Part shown: in pieces, positions 1-12,094 of the stretch
Layout of the letters: each line of letters begins with the position of its first letter
Numbering within the stretch: position 1 is the stretch's first letter
Origin: Octopus sinensis
Taxonomy: Eukaryota
Direction of reading: 5' to 3'
Assembly (NCBI RefSeq): GCF_006345805.1
Contig: NC_043012.1
Location: 9,052,001-9,116,000 of the forward strand
Length of the DNA: 64,000 nucleotides
The notes under the pieces: generated by a model
What the model was told of the DNA's origin: nothing
Seen by the model: only the letters and a program-made list of their open reading frames with translations
Databases searched by the model: none
Made by a program: the position numbers and the translations under genes

Positions 1-114
1 CGTGAAATAAAGTGTCTTGCTCAAGAACACGATACGCAGCCCGGTCCGGGATTCGAGCTCACAACCTCATGATCATAAGCTCGACACTCTAACCACTGAG
101 CCACGCGCCTTCAC
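1..114 (-). mobile_element. tRNA-derived SINE, family D, 5' head (runs off window edge)
   Basis: Minus strand reads GTGAAGGCGCGTGGCTCAGTGGTTAG (A box)...GAGCTCGAATCCC (B-box-like), then a CORE-like GTGTTCTTGAGCAAGACACTTTATTTCAC; homologous to 26070-26410. Confidence 0.85.
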
Positions 115-684
115 ATGAAATCATCATTATAACCAGGATAACTCAATTTGATCAGTATCTGTAGTACCTTAGAATAAAGTGTTTACTTTATGAACAGTTG
201 AGCCGAAACAAACAACTTAGAAAAGAAAGATACAGAGAAACACAGACAATAAAAGGAAGAGATCATTCAATCCTTAGTAAATACACAAACGAAAAAAGAA
301 AAGAAAAAATGGGACTCGCTTACTACAGAAATGAAGTATATAATTTAAGTACCTGAAATCGAAGGATTTTTTCATGAACTATGTGAAAATAGAAGAGAAA
401 ATATTGTAGTGTCAACTGCGAGAGGTGGAGAGAGAACGTTAAAGGCAACAGATGTAACATTTGAATAGTTTCTCGAAGAAATAACCTATCTGTATGTAGC
501 TGAGATACTATACACCACAAACAACTGGAAGTTACTTGTAAATTAGAGGTTTCGATATTTATTATGTACTCTTTAACTGCTCGCAAAAATATTCAGGCGT
601 TTTAACTGAAAGAGCCAGAAGTAACTCAAGGCAAACGAAATGCTAGACCTCCAAATCTAACGCTTGGAACCTGTAACCGACATT

Positions 685-1068
685 GGAAGCACTCCGTCGG
701 TTACGACGACGAGGGTTCCGGTTGATCCGAATCAACGGAACAGCCTGCTCGTGAAATTAACGTGCAAGTGGCTGAGCACTCCACAGACACGTGTACCCTT
801 AACGTAGTTCTCGGGGATATTCAGCGTGACACAGAGAGTGACAAGGCCGGCCCTTTGAAATACAGGTACAACAGAAACAGGAAGTAAGAGTGAGAGAAAG
901 TTGTGGTGAAAGAGCACAGCAGGGATCACCACCATCCCCTGCCGGAGCCTCGTGGAGCTTTAGGTGTTTTCGCTCAATAAACACTCACAACGCCCGGTCT
1001 GGGAATCGAAACCGCGATCCTATGACCGCGAGTCCGCTGCCCTAACCACTGGGCCATTGTGCCTCCAC
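685..1068 (-). mobile_element. tRNA-derived SINE, family C, near full length
   Basis: Minus strand: TGTGGAGGCACAATGGCCCAGTGGTTAGG (A box), GGTTTCGATTCCC (B box); head and central body shared with the + copy at 52021-52335 but with a different 3' tail. Confidence 0.85.
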
Positions 1069-1249
1069 AACCGACGTTACCCTATAATACACAAAAGCTT
1101 AACATTTAGATTTATCGTTAAAGGTAAATGGTTACATAAATAAATAAATGAATGATAAAAAGAACGAAAAGTTTTAGCAATAAAGTAACTAATGAACAGA
1201 TCCATAGCTGAAGAGTGTAGGAGAGAAGAGAGTGGGGTGAGCATCACAT

Positions 1250-1620
1250 GGATTAATTAGGAGAAGGTTTTAGGCAAAGCCTTCTAGTGATATTGTCAGA
1301 CATAAATAAGGTGGTTCTAATTAAACTCAGATATATCAAGCAAGTCATGAATAAATAGAAAACAGTTCATTAGAAACGAATAAAAGAGGGAACTGGAAAT
1401 ACGAAACCAATCCTTATTAGAAGAGTTCCATTGCTTTTTTTGCCGGGTGAAATAATCTTCAATAAACAAACTAAACCGGACTAGACAGATACAATCTACT
1501 ATCTCTCGTGCAGGAGGGGAGACCTTAAGGCGTATATCCTATTTGATGACAAGCAACTAGAATATTACGATAGACTGCACACAGATTTAGTCGGGAGTCT
1601 GGTGGGAAATTTAGTTTAGC
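1250..1620 (+). pseudogene. Possible highly decayed LINE reverse transcriptase remnant
   Basis: Fragmentary translations NTKPILIRRVPL and AYILFDDKQL resemble the RT 'GVPQG' and 'FADD' regions; many stops and frameshifts. Confidence 0.25.
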
Positions 1621-2444
1621 AAAAAAAAAATGCACCAAAACTATCTTCAGAAAAGCAAGAGTAATAATCGATATGACAGAACAAACTAATTAATGAAAAA
1701 TAAAAACAAAAACAAGAAAAAAAACCCCAGAAAAAAAAAAGAACGCAGTGATAAGAAATTATGATAAATACAAACTTTAAATACTTAAAAATTGATAAAC
1801 TAGACGGAGCGTAATACACAGAAATAGACGAAAAGATTAGGAAGGGTTATTATAAATAAATAATTAAGACTGGTCTAAACTCCAACGTAAGATAAGTTTT
1901 AAAAATCTGTTTAAGTAATAAATAGAAAAAAACTTGTGAGAGAAACAAGAGAAATAAACTGACTGTATTCAGAAAACAAAAGCCAAAAGCCAAAAGAATA
2001 AAGTTATATTTAGCAAGAAATATGAAGTGTATAATATGCAAATCCTTTAGTTTCGACCATATTTCTGGTTGTCAGCTATAAAATGTCTTTCAGTTCTCTC
2101 CCATTGTGACATTTATTCTTCTGTGTCTCTAGCTTGATATCTATTTTATTTACTACGAAATCAGGGAGGTAGGGATATTTTGGAGCAATGAAATTAATAG
2201 CAAATCTATGGCTGGAGTACAAACATATAGAGAAAAGAATAAATAGGAAATTAAAAAAAAAATACCTACGAAACCAACACAAAACAAATATACTGTTTTA
2301 AATCTTCGACGAAAGTTTAATATATAAATCAAAATCTGAGATAACAGACAGCATCGATGGGGATAGAGAAAGACTGAAAGTATATAAAATATTGTCTACA
2401 CTGGAAATTTGATTTCAAAACGTTAAACTAAGACATCTGCAAGA

Positions 2445-2600
2445 AAAAGCGTTGGTTTATGCAGTGCTGTCACCTGGAGGTTCTGAGTTCAATCTCAGGC
2501 AAAGCACCACAGTGAATCACAAAACGCCTGAAGCCGGCGAGTATAACAGCCGAAACATAGTGAAAGCAACAATGAAGATGGGGACAAAACTCTGACCAAT
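2445..2600 (+). mobile_element. Old copy of family E unit (tRNA-like head plus hammerhead-like tail)
   Basis: B-box-like GAGTTCAATCT (2485-2495), then CTGAAG...CAGCCGAAAC...AAGATGGGGACAAA, aligning with the minus strand of 47210-47280. Confidence 0.6.
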
Positions 2601-2741
2601 GCAAAAAAGTGTACAGGATTTTTATGTATGCTCTCCATAATTTAAAAAATTCTTGCTCCGAAGTATGAGGCCTAAAGATTTCAGATGAGGGCTATATTCG
2701 ATTACATCGATCTTGTCACATGATTGGTACTTTATATTATT

Positions 2742-3140
2742 CTTTTCTTTTCTACTCTAGGCACGAGGCCCGAAATTTTTGGGGAGGGCGCTAGTCAATT
2801 ATATCGACCCCAGTTCGCAACTAGTACTTAATTTACCGACCTCGAAAGGATGAAAGGCAAAGTCGACCTCGGCGGAATTTGAACTCAGAACGTAACGGCA
2901 GACGAAATACCTATTTCTTTACTCCCACAAGAGGCTAAAGACAGAGAGGACAAACAAGGACAGACAAACGGATTAAGTCGATTATATCGACCCCAGTGCA
3001 TAACTGGTACTTAATTTATCGACCCCGAAAGGATGAAAGGCACAGTCGACCTCGACGGAATTTGAACTCAGAACGTAAAGACAGACGAAATACGCTAAGC
3101 ATTTCACCCGGCGTGCAAACTTTTCTGCCAGCTCGCTGCC
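2742..3140 (-). mobile_element. Dimeric SINE, family B, inserted in an older family B copy, with 18-bp TSD
   Basis: Two head-to-tail units joined at GACGAAATAC|CTATTTCTTT (2910/2911); flanked by TTGGTACTT(T/G)ATATTATT at 2724-2741 and 3141-3158. Confidence 0.9.
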
Positions 3141-3599
3141 TTGGTACTTGATATTATTGACATTGGATGTATTAAAGGAAAGATGATCTGAGTGTGGTTT
3201 GAACTCAGAATGTTAAAGTTACGGGACAAGTACCACTAAGCATTTTCCTGACACTCTAATGATTCTGCTAGTTCAAAATAAAAGATAATACCGAGAACGT
3301 ACAGAACGAAAACAGAAATAACAAGACCTCGCCACACAAAGGAAAATTTTATTGATTTTCAGTAATTCAGTCTCTGATTTGCAAAGCCATTATCTTCAGA
3401 AGAAACAATGGTCGAAGTGATGGTGAATAATTCTGCAGCTACAGAAAAAAGAGGGAATCATAAGAACTAGCTCAATCTCTTTTATAAGGATATTCCAAAG
3501 AAGTTCATTCTCGACTCCATCTCTGTTCGTCTTTAACACTTTTAATCAGAATAGCAAACCAGACAAGTCTAGGTTACATTTGTGATAGGAGCACGATCC

Positions 3600-3940
3600 A
3601 GAAGCTCTGATAGAAAATGAGAATTACAGGGCCTTTTGGGGGACTACCTTATAAAGACTGACAATACTATTAAAGCAAAAGTACCAGATATGATTCCAAA
3701 GGACAAAACCAAACAGCGTAAGATTATGAATTTTGCAATTTTCTATGATAGCAAAGTCGATAGCAAAAAAAAAAAAAAGAAAATGGAAAAAAAAATTGAG
3801 AAATACCAAGATCTAGCTAGAAAGTTGAGGAGACTGGAAGACTAAGACAACAACTATCCCTTAGGTAATTGGTGCACTAATCCAGAAAGAATATAAGCGA
3901 TGCCACAACAATATAACCAGGCTTGTCCATTGGACACTTT
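3600..3940 (+). mobile_element. R4/Dong-type LINE 3' fragment (RLE endonuclease remnant)
   Basis: Translation ...IKAKVPDMI...EKIEKYQDLARKLRRL...TTIPLVIGAL matches the PD-(D/E)xK RLE C-terminus. Confidence 0.75.
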
Positions 3941-4440
3941 GCAACAAGTATGGACTTGACAGAGCTAAAAATTGGTACGACCACAAACCTGAAGGCATCG
4001 TCGAAAATGGAAATGCAAAGATCCTATGGGATTTTATGATTCAGTGTGACCATGAGATAGAGAATAGGAAGCCGGACACAGTCTTAATTGAGAAAGAAAA
4101 CAAACGATGCTGGATCATAGATATAGCATACCCAGCTGACAACAAGGTATGCGATAAGGAAGAAAGAAAAGTCGAGAGATATGACAGGTTAGCTTGGGAA
4201 GTTAAGCAGTTGTGGTCGATGAAAAAAGTAGCAGTAGTACCAATAATTGTCGGAGCCCTGGGAACAGTGAGCAAAAATCTTGAGAAGTACTTGGAACAAA
4301 TAGGGGCTGCAATAAGGGTGGGGCACTTGCAGAAAATAGTACTGCTTGGAACCGCTCGGATACTCCTGAAGGTGCTCGAAAAATAAGAGGTGAACAGCTG
4401 AAACTGTAGTACATCTCCAGCGTTAGAAGCTGTGCAAAGG
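3941..4440 (+). mobile_element. R4/Dong-type LINE 3' end with RLE domain, short 3' UTR and (AAT)n tail
   Basis: ORF 4036-4386 with ILWDF..RKPD..IIDIAYP..KVERY..L...VPIIVGALG..LQKIVLLGTARIL; directly followed by (AAT)n. Confidence 0.9.
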
Positions 4441-4441
4441 C

Positions 4442-4509
<68 letters not shown>

Positions 4510-4537
4510 TAATAATAATAATAATACTAATAATCAT

Positions 4538-4608
<71 letters not shown>

Positions 4609-4675
4609 AATAATAATAATAATAATGATGATGATGATGATGATAATAATATTAATAATAGTAATAATAGTAGTA
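4441..4675. repeat. (AAT)n/(GAT)n compound microsatellite
   Basis: Seen directly. Confidence 0.97.
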
Positions 4676-5222
4676 GTACCAGGCAGTGGCTCTCATGACT
4701 TCTTATCTTAACTGATTGGAAGTGTTATCATGTACATTGTTTTGTCTTGGTATAAAAGATGGGCTACAGCAAATATTCTGCTCAATACCACAGATTTGCT
4801 TGTCACTTGTTTGACCGTAACCAGTTGAGCATGTCCCTTAGTGGCTGACGATATGTGCTTCTCTGATCACGAGCAGAAGTAGTGGGGGATCATTATAGCC
4901 GTGTGTTGAGAGGTATTCTTTGGGCTTTTGATAATTCACTTCTGGAAACATGGGTGGTTCGGTCAACATCCTTAAACAATCCTTATTCAGGGACCTTTTG
5001 AGCGGGATGGGCTACTCGACCTGAAGAAAATTCTAACTGGGCTTCCCCTGCAAGGTCATGCGCTGTTTATCTTGATATGAGATCACCATGTCGCGCACAT
5101 ATCGTTGTGATGCATGTGCCTGGTGAACCCTTATCAGACGAGTAGTCATAATGGGTATACTGGGCTTCGTATATTTTACCCCAGTGTCACTTTGGTGGCA
5201 TGCACTGCTCTCTCACTCACTC
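4676..5222. repeat. Unclassified non-coding interspersed element embedded in trinucleotide microsatellites
   Basis: Both ends (AGTACCAGGCAGTGG... and ...GGGCTTCGTATATTTTACCCCAGTGTCACTTTG...CTCTCTCACTCA) recur in reverse complement at 22678-22800. Confidence 0.65.
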
Positions 5223-5227
5223 ACAAA

Positions 5228-5229
5228 CT

Positions 5230-5270
<41 letters not shown>

Positions 5271-5738
5271 ATAATAATAATAATAATGGTGGTGATGATG
5301 ATGATGATGGTGGTAGTGGTGGGAACTCTTCTTCCGGATCATTTGAACAAAAAATCGAATAGAACCAAACAGCAAAGACGGAAAATTAATGAGAAATATT
5401 ATAAAATAATAACCAGATAAAATCTTGGGGTTTTAGGTTAGCCGTTGCAGGTCAAAGGTGACGACTAAATTTGGGTTATTTCAGAAATAGACATTTTCAC
5501 TTGCTTTCACAGCCACAGTTTTGGCTATTTGTGACCAGAGGAGATAAAAGAGGAGGAGGAGGAGGATGCGAAGGAGAAGTAGGAGGAGCAGCAGCAGAGA
5601 AGAATCATGAAGAAAATTTTTTGATACTCCATCATTTCTTTGATTCGGTTGGGAGAAAAAAAAAACAGCTTTATTTCAAAAAATCTAATGCTAATCAATA
5701 AGACTATTTTATCTTTGAAAATATTCTGGTAATATATA

Positions 5739-5801
<63 letters not shown>

Positions 5802-6206
5802 TAACGCATCAACATCCTCCTCCTCCTCCTCCTTCTCATCATCATCATCATCATCATCAACACCACCGTCGACACCACCACCACCACCAGCATCCCCCTC
5901 ACTACCGTTATTTCCATCATCACAGTCATCATCACTATTAGGCTCATTATAATTTTTCAACGAGACAAAAAACACCGCATCACTTACCGCTCCACCTCCT
6001 CTTGCTCCTTCTGCTCCTGTTCCTCTTCCTCCTGCTTCTCCTCCTCCTCATCCTCCTTTTGCAATCGTCCTCCTCCTCACCTTCTCTGTATCCCTTGCTC
6101 CCTCCCTTTTCATCACTTCATCATCTCTTTTTCTCTCTTCTCCTCTTCCTCATACTTTGTCCTCCTCCTCCTCCTCCTCCTCCTCATCATCATCATCATC
6201 ATCAGT

Positions 6207-6237
<31 letters not shown>

Positions 6238-6460
6238 GTAGTAGCAGCAGAATTACAGTTATCATACGTATTATTATCACCGTGATCATTATTACCATGA
6301 GAATAATAGTTTTAATTTTCTCCACTTTTTAAGGCGATTACATCCACCTCCACCTCCTCTTCCTCTTCCTCCCCTCCGCCTCCTCCTCCTCCTCCTGTTC
6401 CTCTTCCTCTTCCTCCTCTCCCTCCCCCTCTTCCTCTTCTTCTTCTTCCTCCTCCTCCTG
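5228..6460. repeat. Cluster of ACT/AAT/GAT/GGA/TA/CCT/CAG simple repeats
   Basis: Seen directly; accounts for the poly-L/T/M/S ORFs. Confidence 0.9.
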
Positions 6461-6639
6461 CAATACTAAGTAACGTCAACACGACGTAAAATTCAATTCC
6501 CATGTCACCACATCACTATACAACTCCATCACAAGGTAACTATAAAACTAAATCCCCGCAACCCATGGTGGGTCGGTGAGATGAACGGTAGAGTCGTATA
6601 ATATCGGGCAGAGGACCTTTCATCTTCTAATCCAGTCAC

Positions 6640-6962
6640 TGGGTTGCAGCCATGCTGGGGCATCGTCTGGAAAGGTTTAGTCGAACAAATCGACCCTAGT
6701 ACTTATTTTTAAATCTATCGATGGTCTTTAGCCGAACAGGTAAGTTACGGGACATAAACAAACTAACACCGATTGTCAAGCACTGGTGGATGGCAAAAAC
6801 ACAGATATTACGGGCTTCCACACAGTTTCTGTGTACCAAATTAACTTGCAAGGCTCTGGTCACCTTGAGGCTATAGTAGAAGACACTTGCCCAAGGTGCC
6901 ACGCATTGGGACTGAACCTGAAGTCACATGGTTGCAGAATGAGTTTCTTAACTAATCAGCCG
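6640..6962 (-). mobile_element. CORE-type tRNA SINE, family A, old copy
   Basis: AGAAGACACTTGCCCAAGGTGCCACGC (CORE-like, reverse complement) and GGGACTGAACC (B box, reverse complement). Confidence 0.8.
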
Positions 6963-7054
6963 TGTGTTGTAGAACAAGGGCGTAGTAGTATGTATATTAG
7001 AGTAGTGAACTAAACAGTAGAGTGAAATATAATGGTGAAATTCAGCCAAAATGG

Positions 7055-7470
7055 TTTTGTATTTTACCACCTCTAAAGGATGAAAGCAAAGTCGACCACG
7101 GGATGGATTTGAACTAAGAACATACAGAGCTGGAAGGAAAAGGCATTTTATCTGATTCTTTAACGATTCTAACAACATCAACAATAACATGTACAATAAT
7201 AATAATTCATTCTACTACAGGCACAAGGCCTGAAATTTGGGGGATGGAGACTAGTCGATAAATATTGGTTTTAAATTTTAGCACAAGGCCAGCAATTTCG
7301 GAGGTAGGTTTAAGTTGATTACACTAGTACTAATTTTATCGTTGCCAAAAGGGCGAAAGGCAAAGTCGACCGCGGAGGAATTAGAACTTATTAAACACGG
7401 ATGGATGTCCTGCTGCTAAGCATTGCGCCCCCCCCCCCGGTGTGCTATCGGTTCTGCCAGCTCACCGCCT
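7055..7470 (-). mobile_element. Two diverged family B SINE copies
   Basis: AAAGGATGAAAGCAAAGTCGAC...TTTGAAC motifs at about 7075-7110 and 7350-7390. Confidence 0.75.
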
Positions 7471-8224
7471 GTGCCAGTGGGTAACATATTAAAACATGTA
7501 TTGACTGGCCTCCTTTTCCAGTGCAAACATATTAAAATAAACATTTTTTTTTACCCAGACATAAATTCGTGCTTCTTGAGCATATAGACACATAAGAAAT
7601 ATATGCTTACAGATGTTTACGTTCATTAGTAAAGTAGATAAAACAACAATTGCTGAAAATTTCTTGTACATATGCTCTGCTTTTACCACAAACCAGAACC
7701 GAAGCGAGCATAAACCGAGTCGAAATATTGCCATTTAAAGAAAAAATCTATTTTTTTTCTATGTAAAACCTAGCCCAGTCATATAACCTTTCTGCATTTG
7801 AAACTGGAAAACTTATAGAAAATATAATAATAAATAAATATATATTTCTATTTTTACGTAAAGTTTTGCAAAGTTTTGCGGTAGATTTCAGTAAATAATA
7901 TCTAATTCCATCAAATCTCGAGCTTATAGCTGTAGATATCATCTAAACAAAAACAAGTCAAACCACACATTTATATACTGGTATACATTTGTGGTGGTAT
8001 ACGCAAACACTCACGTAAACACACACACACGTGCGAATACATAGGGACACACACAGACATACATTCTGACGATTTAGAAACTCAAATGAAACACAAGATT
8101 TCCAAGTGCCTACTTATGTATGTATGTATGTATGTATGTATGTATGTATGTATGTACAAACACACACATAAAGGTATGTATGTGTGTGAGTGTGTGCACA
8201 TATATATACTCTCTCTCTTTTACG

Positions 8225-8620
8225 CTTTTACTTGTTTCAGTTATTTGACTGCGGCCATGCTGGAGCACCGCCTTTAGTCGAGCAAATCGACCCCAGGACT
8301 TATTCTTTGTAAGCCTAGTACTTATTCTATCAGTCTCTTTTGCTGAACCGCTAAGTTACGGGGACGTAAAGACACCAGCATCGGTTGTCAAGCGATGTTG
8401 GAGGACACACGAAAATATACACACACATACATACATATATATATATACATATATACGACAGGCTTCTTTCAGCTTCCGTCTACCAAATCCACTCACACGG
8501 CTTTGGTCGGCCCGAGGCTTTAGTAGAAGACACTTGCCCAAGGTGCCATGCAGTGGGACTGAACCCGGAACCATGTGGTTGGTAAACAAGCTACTTATCA
8601 CACAGCCACTCCTACGCCTA
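8225..8620 (-). mobile_element. CORE-type tRNA SINE, family A, full length
   Basis: Minus strand: TAGGCGTAGGAGTGGCTGTGTGA head, GGTTCAGTCCC B box, CORE-like block, internal TA/TG microsatellite, tail AAGGCGGTGCTCCAGCATGGCC...GAAACAAGTAAAAG. Confidence 0.92.
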
Positions 8621-9136
8621 GGTTGTAAATGTTGATCAGAAAAATTCGACTTGTATGCCGAAAAACACGGTTAAAGAATAGCAAAGGAAGGTCAATCACG
8701 TACACTCCCAGACACATACAAACGCTCATTCTCTCATTCTCTCGTTCTTTCGTTCTCTCGTTCTCTCTCACACCCACACACTGAGATATGTGTAATGATA
8801 TTGTTTTATTAAATGGATTCGTCTAAAATAGCATTGTTGGTTGTTCAAACTCAAAAGCTTTGCCCAATCAATAGTTCATCGACTTACCATGTTCATCCCG
8901 TGGGTGGGTGTCTGTGTTTAAGGGTATATACAATAGCGTGTGTATTTTTATCGATTCCGTCATGATGGTATACAGTTGGCGGCAGAATATTCTACATTCC
9001 ATAGATAATTCTTTCTTTAGAATGTTTGATGCACTCTTTTCCAAAGGGTAAAAAGAAAAACGACTTATCTAAATGGGTGATAAAGCCATGAACACGGATT
9101 CGGCGTGTATTTGTGTATGTGTGTGCGTGTGCATAT

Positions 9137-9224
<88 letters not shown>

Positions 9225-9275
9225 ATACACACACAAATTTAGAAGTGTGTGTATGTATATATATATATATATATA

Positions 9276-10532
9276 CAGTGGTTGGAAAAATTAAGGGAAA
9301 CACCTTAAAATTTCAAACAAATTAATTTTAATATGGAGTAGGACTGACTTTGGCAGTAACTACAGCTTGAATTCTATAGGGTATGGACTCGTACAAAGTT
9401 TAAATTGTTTCCAAAGGAATTTTTGTCCATTCTTCAGCTAAAACAGTTTCCAGTTCTTGTAGTGATGATGGTGGAGGATATCGACTCCTTACTTGTTTTT
9501 CTAAAATGCACCATAAATATTCAATAATATTGAAATCTGGGGACTGTGGTGGCCAGATAAGATATTCAACTTCGCTAGAATGTTCCTTGTACCATTCAGT
9601 AACAACTTTAGCTGTGTGAATTGGTACATTATCAACCTGAAAAATTGCGATTCTATCCGGAAATAGTTCTGCAACCATTGGATGAATTTGATCAGATAAA
9701 ATACTTAAATGAAGGTAAACCATTGGGCTGGCGAATTTCCAAGATATAGTGCCACTCAAATCATCACAGATCCTCCTCCATGTTTAACAGCTGGAAGAAG
9801 ACAGTCTAGGTCAAATGCTTCTTTTGGCTGTCTCCACACGTATACTCAGCCGGTGGTTGGAAATAAGGTAAAAGATGATACGTCCCAGAAAATAACATTC
9901 TTCCACTGTTCTAGGGACCAATTCTGTAGGTTTTTACTCCACTGTAAACGCTTTGCAACGTTTGTTTTGAAAGTAGTGGTTTTATGATTGCAGCCCTCCC
10001 GTGAAATCCGGCTTTGTGCAGCTCTCGGCGAACAGTTTTTGTGGAAACTGGGTTCTCGAGGTGGTCATTAAGCTCTGCAGTAATTTTGGGAGCTGTACTT
10101 TTGTGATCCTTTGTAACAATTCGAGTAAGAGTCCGAGGGTCCTTACCTGAAAAATTTGATTTTTTCCGGAGTTTTGTTTCGACGAGGAGGTTCCCCCTTT
10201 TTCTCAAAGCTGTCATTACTTTCGAGACAGTACTTCTTGCTACACCAAGCATTTTGACTGCTTTCGTCATGCTAGCGCCTGCTATACGAGCACCAACAAT
10301 TTTATCTCTTTGAAAGTCTGATAGATCTGTCGTTTTAATGAATTTTAATTAACTTTTTCAGATGATATCTGAAAAGAAACAGCAATTTTAGCAAAACATA
10401 TTAAGCAACACTAATAATAAATAAAAAAAAACACAAAAATAAACAAGCTTTTGACGGTTTTATTGATATTTCAAAATTGTGATGCTATGATGCTATTATG
10501 CTGGGTGTTTCCATTATTTTGTCCAAACCCTG
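9276..10532 (-). mobile_element. Tc1-like DNA transposon, about 1.26 kb, DD36E transposase (frameshifted)
   Basis: 29-bp imperfect TIRs (CAGTGGTTGGAAAAATTAAGGGAAACACC vs CAGGGTTTGGACAAAATAATGGAAACACC), TA flanks, HTH region (ORF 9911-10270) and QVDNVPIHT...WPPQSPDFNIIE (ORF 9400-9759). Confidence 0.95.
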
Positions 10533-10555
10533 TATATATATATATATATATATAT

Positions 10556-11223
10556 GAAATAGTAAAAAATGAAAAAACTACAGAAGGCTTGTTTTAGAAG
10601 GTTAAAAACTATATATTTGAGTCATTATGTCAGAAGAATGTTATAAATTTTTTTCATACAGTGATATAGTTTTTGAAGAAATTACCGGTTTCGTGTTGAC
10701 TTTTCAAATTTCTCAAAACATTGTGTTATGATTTCGTTATGAAGTGTAAAGAAGAGTTCCAGGTAAGGGGAGGTAATAAGTGATTTCTTCCGGTGCAAGG
10801 GAGATAATCGCTTTATATTTCTTGCTTTTTTTTACTTAATGGGGTGGTTTCTCTGTATAAGAATGCTAGAGTGGTTAAGTTTGGGCTTATATTTTTCAAT
10901 GAAGAATGTTCCCTTGTTTAGTCTAATTTGTGTTGGTGTTCCAATAGCACATTGATAAAGTGGAAAGATTAAAAATTGTGGTAGTAGTTGCTTTGTGCAT
11001 TCCTCAATATGCTCACTAAAGGGTATCATTCTGTATTCTGGGAATGCAATCTGTTGTCGATGCAGTGTGCCTCAAAGAGGGACAAAAATTCAAGATCAAA
11101 TTTAAATTTACTTGTGCCTCTGAAAACATAATTTATGTCATAAGATGCTCGGGCTGCCACCAAAACTACGTGGGGTCCACGGGACTATCACTCAGACGTA
11201 GATGCACACTGCATCGGTCACAT
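10556..11223. mobile_element. Penelope-like element 3' end (GIY-YIG) with inverted 5' segment
   Basis: + strand 11044-11223: KFTCASENIIYVIRCSGCHQNYVGSTGLSLRRRCTLHRSHI; minus strand from 11042: PEYRMIPFSEHIEEC...FFIEKYKPKLN. Confidence 0.88.
10678..10712 (-). ncRNA. Degenerate minimal type I hammerhead ribozyme motif
   Basis: GAAAT-TTGAAAA-GTCAACAC-GAAACCGGTA-ATTTC: stem I GAAAT/ATTTC, palindromic stem III ACCGGT, core has 2 substitutions vs CUGANGA. Confidence 0.55.
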
Positions 11224-11379
11224 TTTGAATGTATATATATACACACATATACACACACATATGTGCGTATATATGCATGCAAAAAATGCTATGTTCATCA
11301 GTGTTGCACTATCAATGTTTGATGTTTTCTTGTATACATACCTTGGTTGTTACCATAAACCACAAATGAAAAGTAGAAC

Positions 11380-11773
11380 ACACACACAAACAAACACACA
11401 CCATGCACACAACGTATACACACATACACACACACATGCACACACACAAGCAACAACATATACAATTTATATGTGTATATTTTGTGTTATATTTGTATAT
11501 TGATACAAATATATATATATAATATATATAATGTATATATATATAGATATATTATATCAATTATATACATACCTATGCGTGCGTATTTGTGTGTTTGTGT
11601 GTTTGTGTGTAAGTGTGTGTGTGTCCTGTGAGCATTAAATGTTGCCAGTCGTAAAATAATTGTGGTGTGTTATATGGTTTTTAAAAGACAAGTTTAATCT
11701 TCAATTAAGTAATGAATTCAATCAGAAGGCACAAATAAACGCCACTGACAACACAAATATTCAGTATGTATGT

Positions 11774-11810
<37 letters not shown>

Positions 11811-11811
11811 G

Positions 11812-11851
<40 letters not shown>

Positions 11852-12070
11852 TATGTATATACATATAGACATGTATTATGTATATATACATATGTATATA
11901 TATATATATAATATATATATATATATTGGTCTACGTATACATGTATATTTGTATATACACGTGGGTGTATATATATTTATATATTTGTCTACGTATATGC
12001 GTATGTATTTACAGGTACATGTATGGGTTTATACATATGTATGTATGTTTGTGTGTGTGTTGTGTGTGTG
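11380..12070. repeat. CA/TA/TG compound microsatellite field
   Basis: Seen directly. Confidence 0.9.
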
Positions 12071-12094
12071 TATGTGTCAGTCTGTATGTACAAG

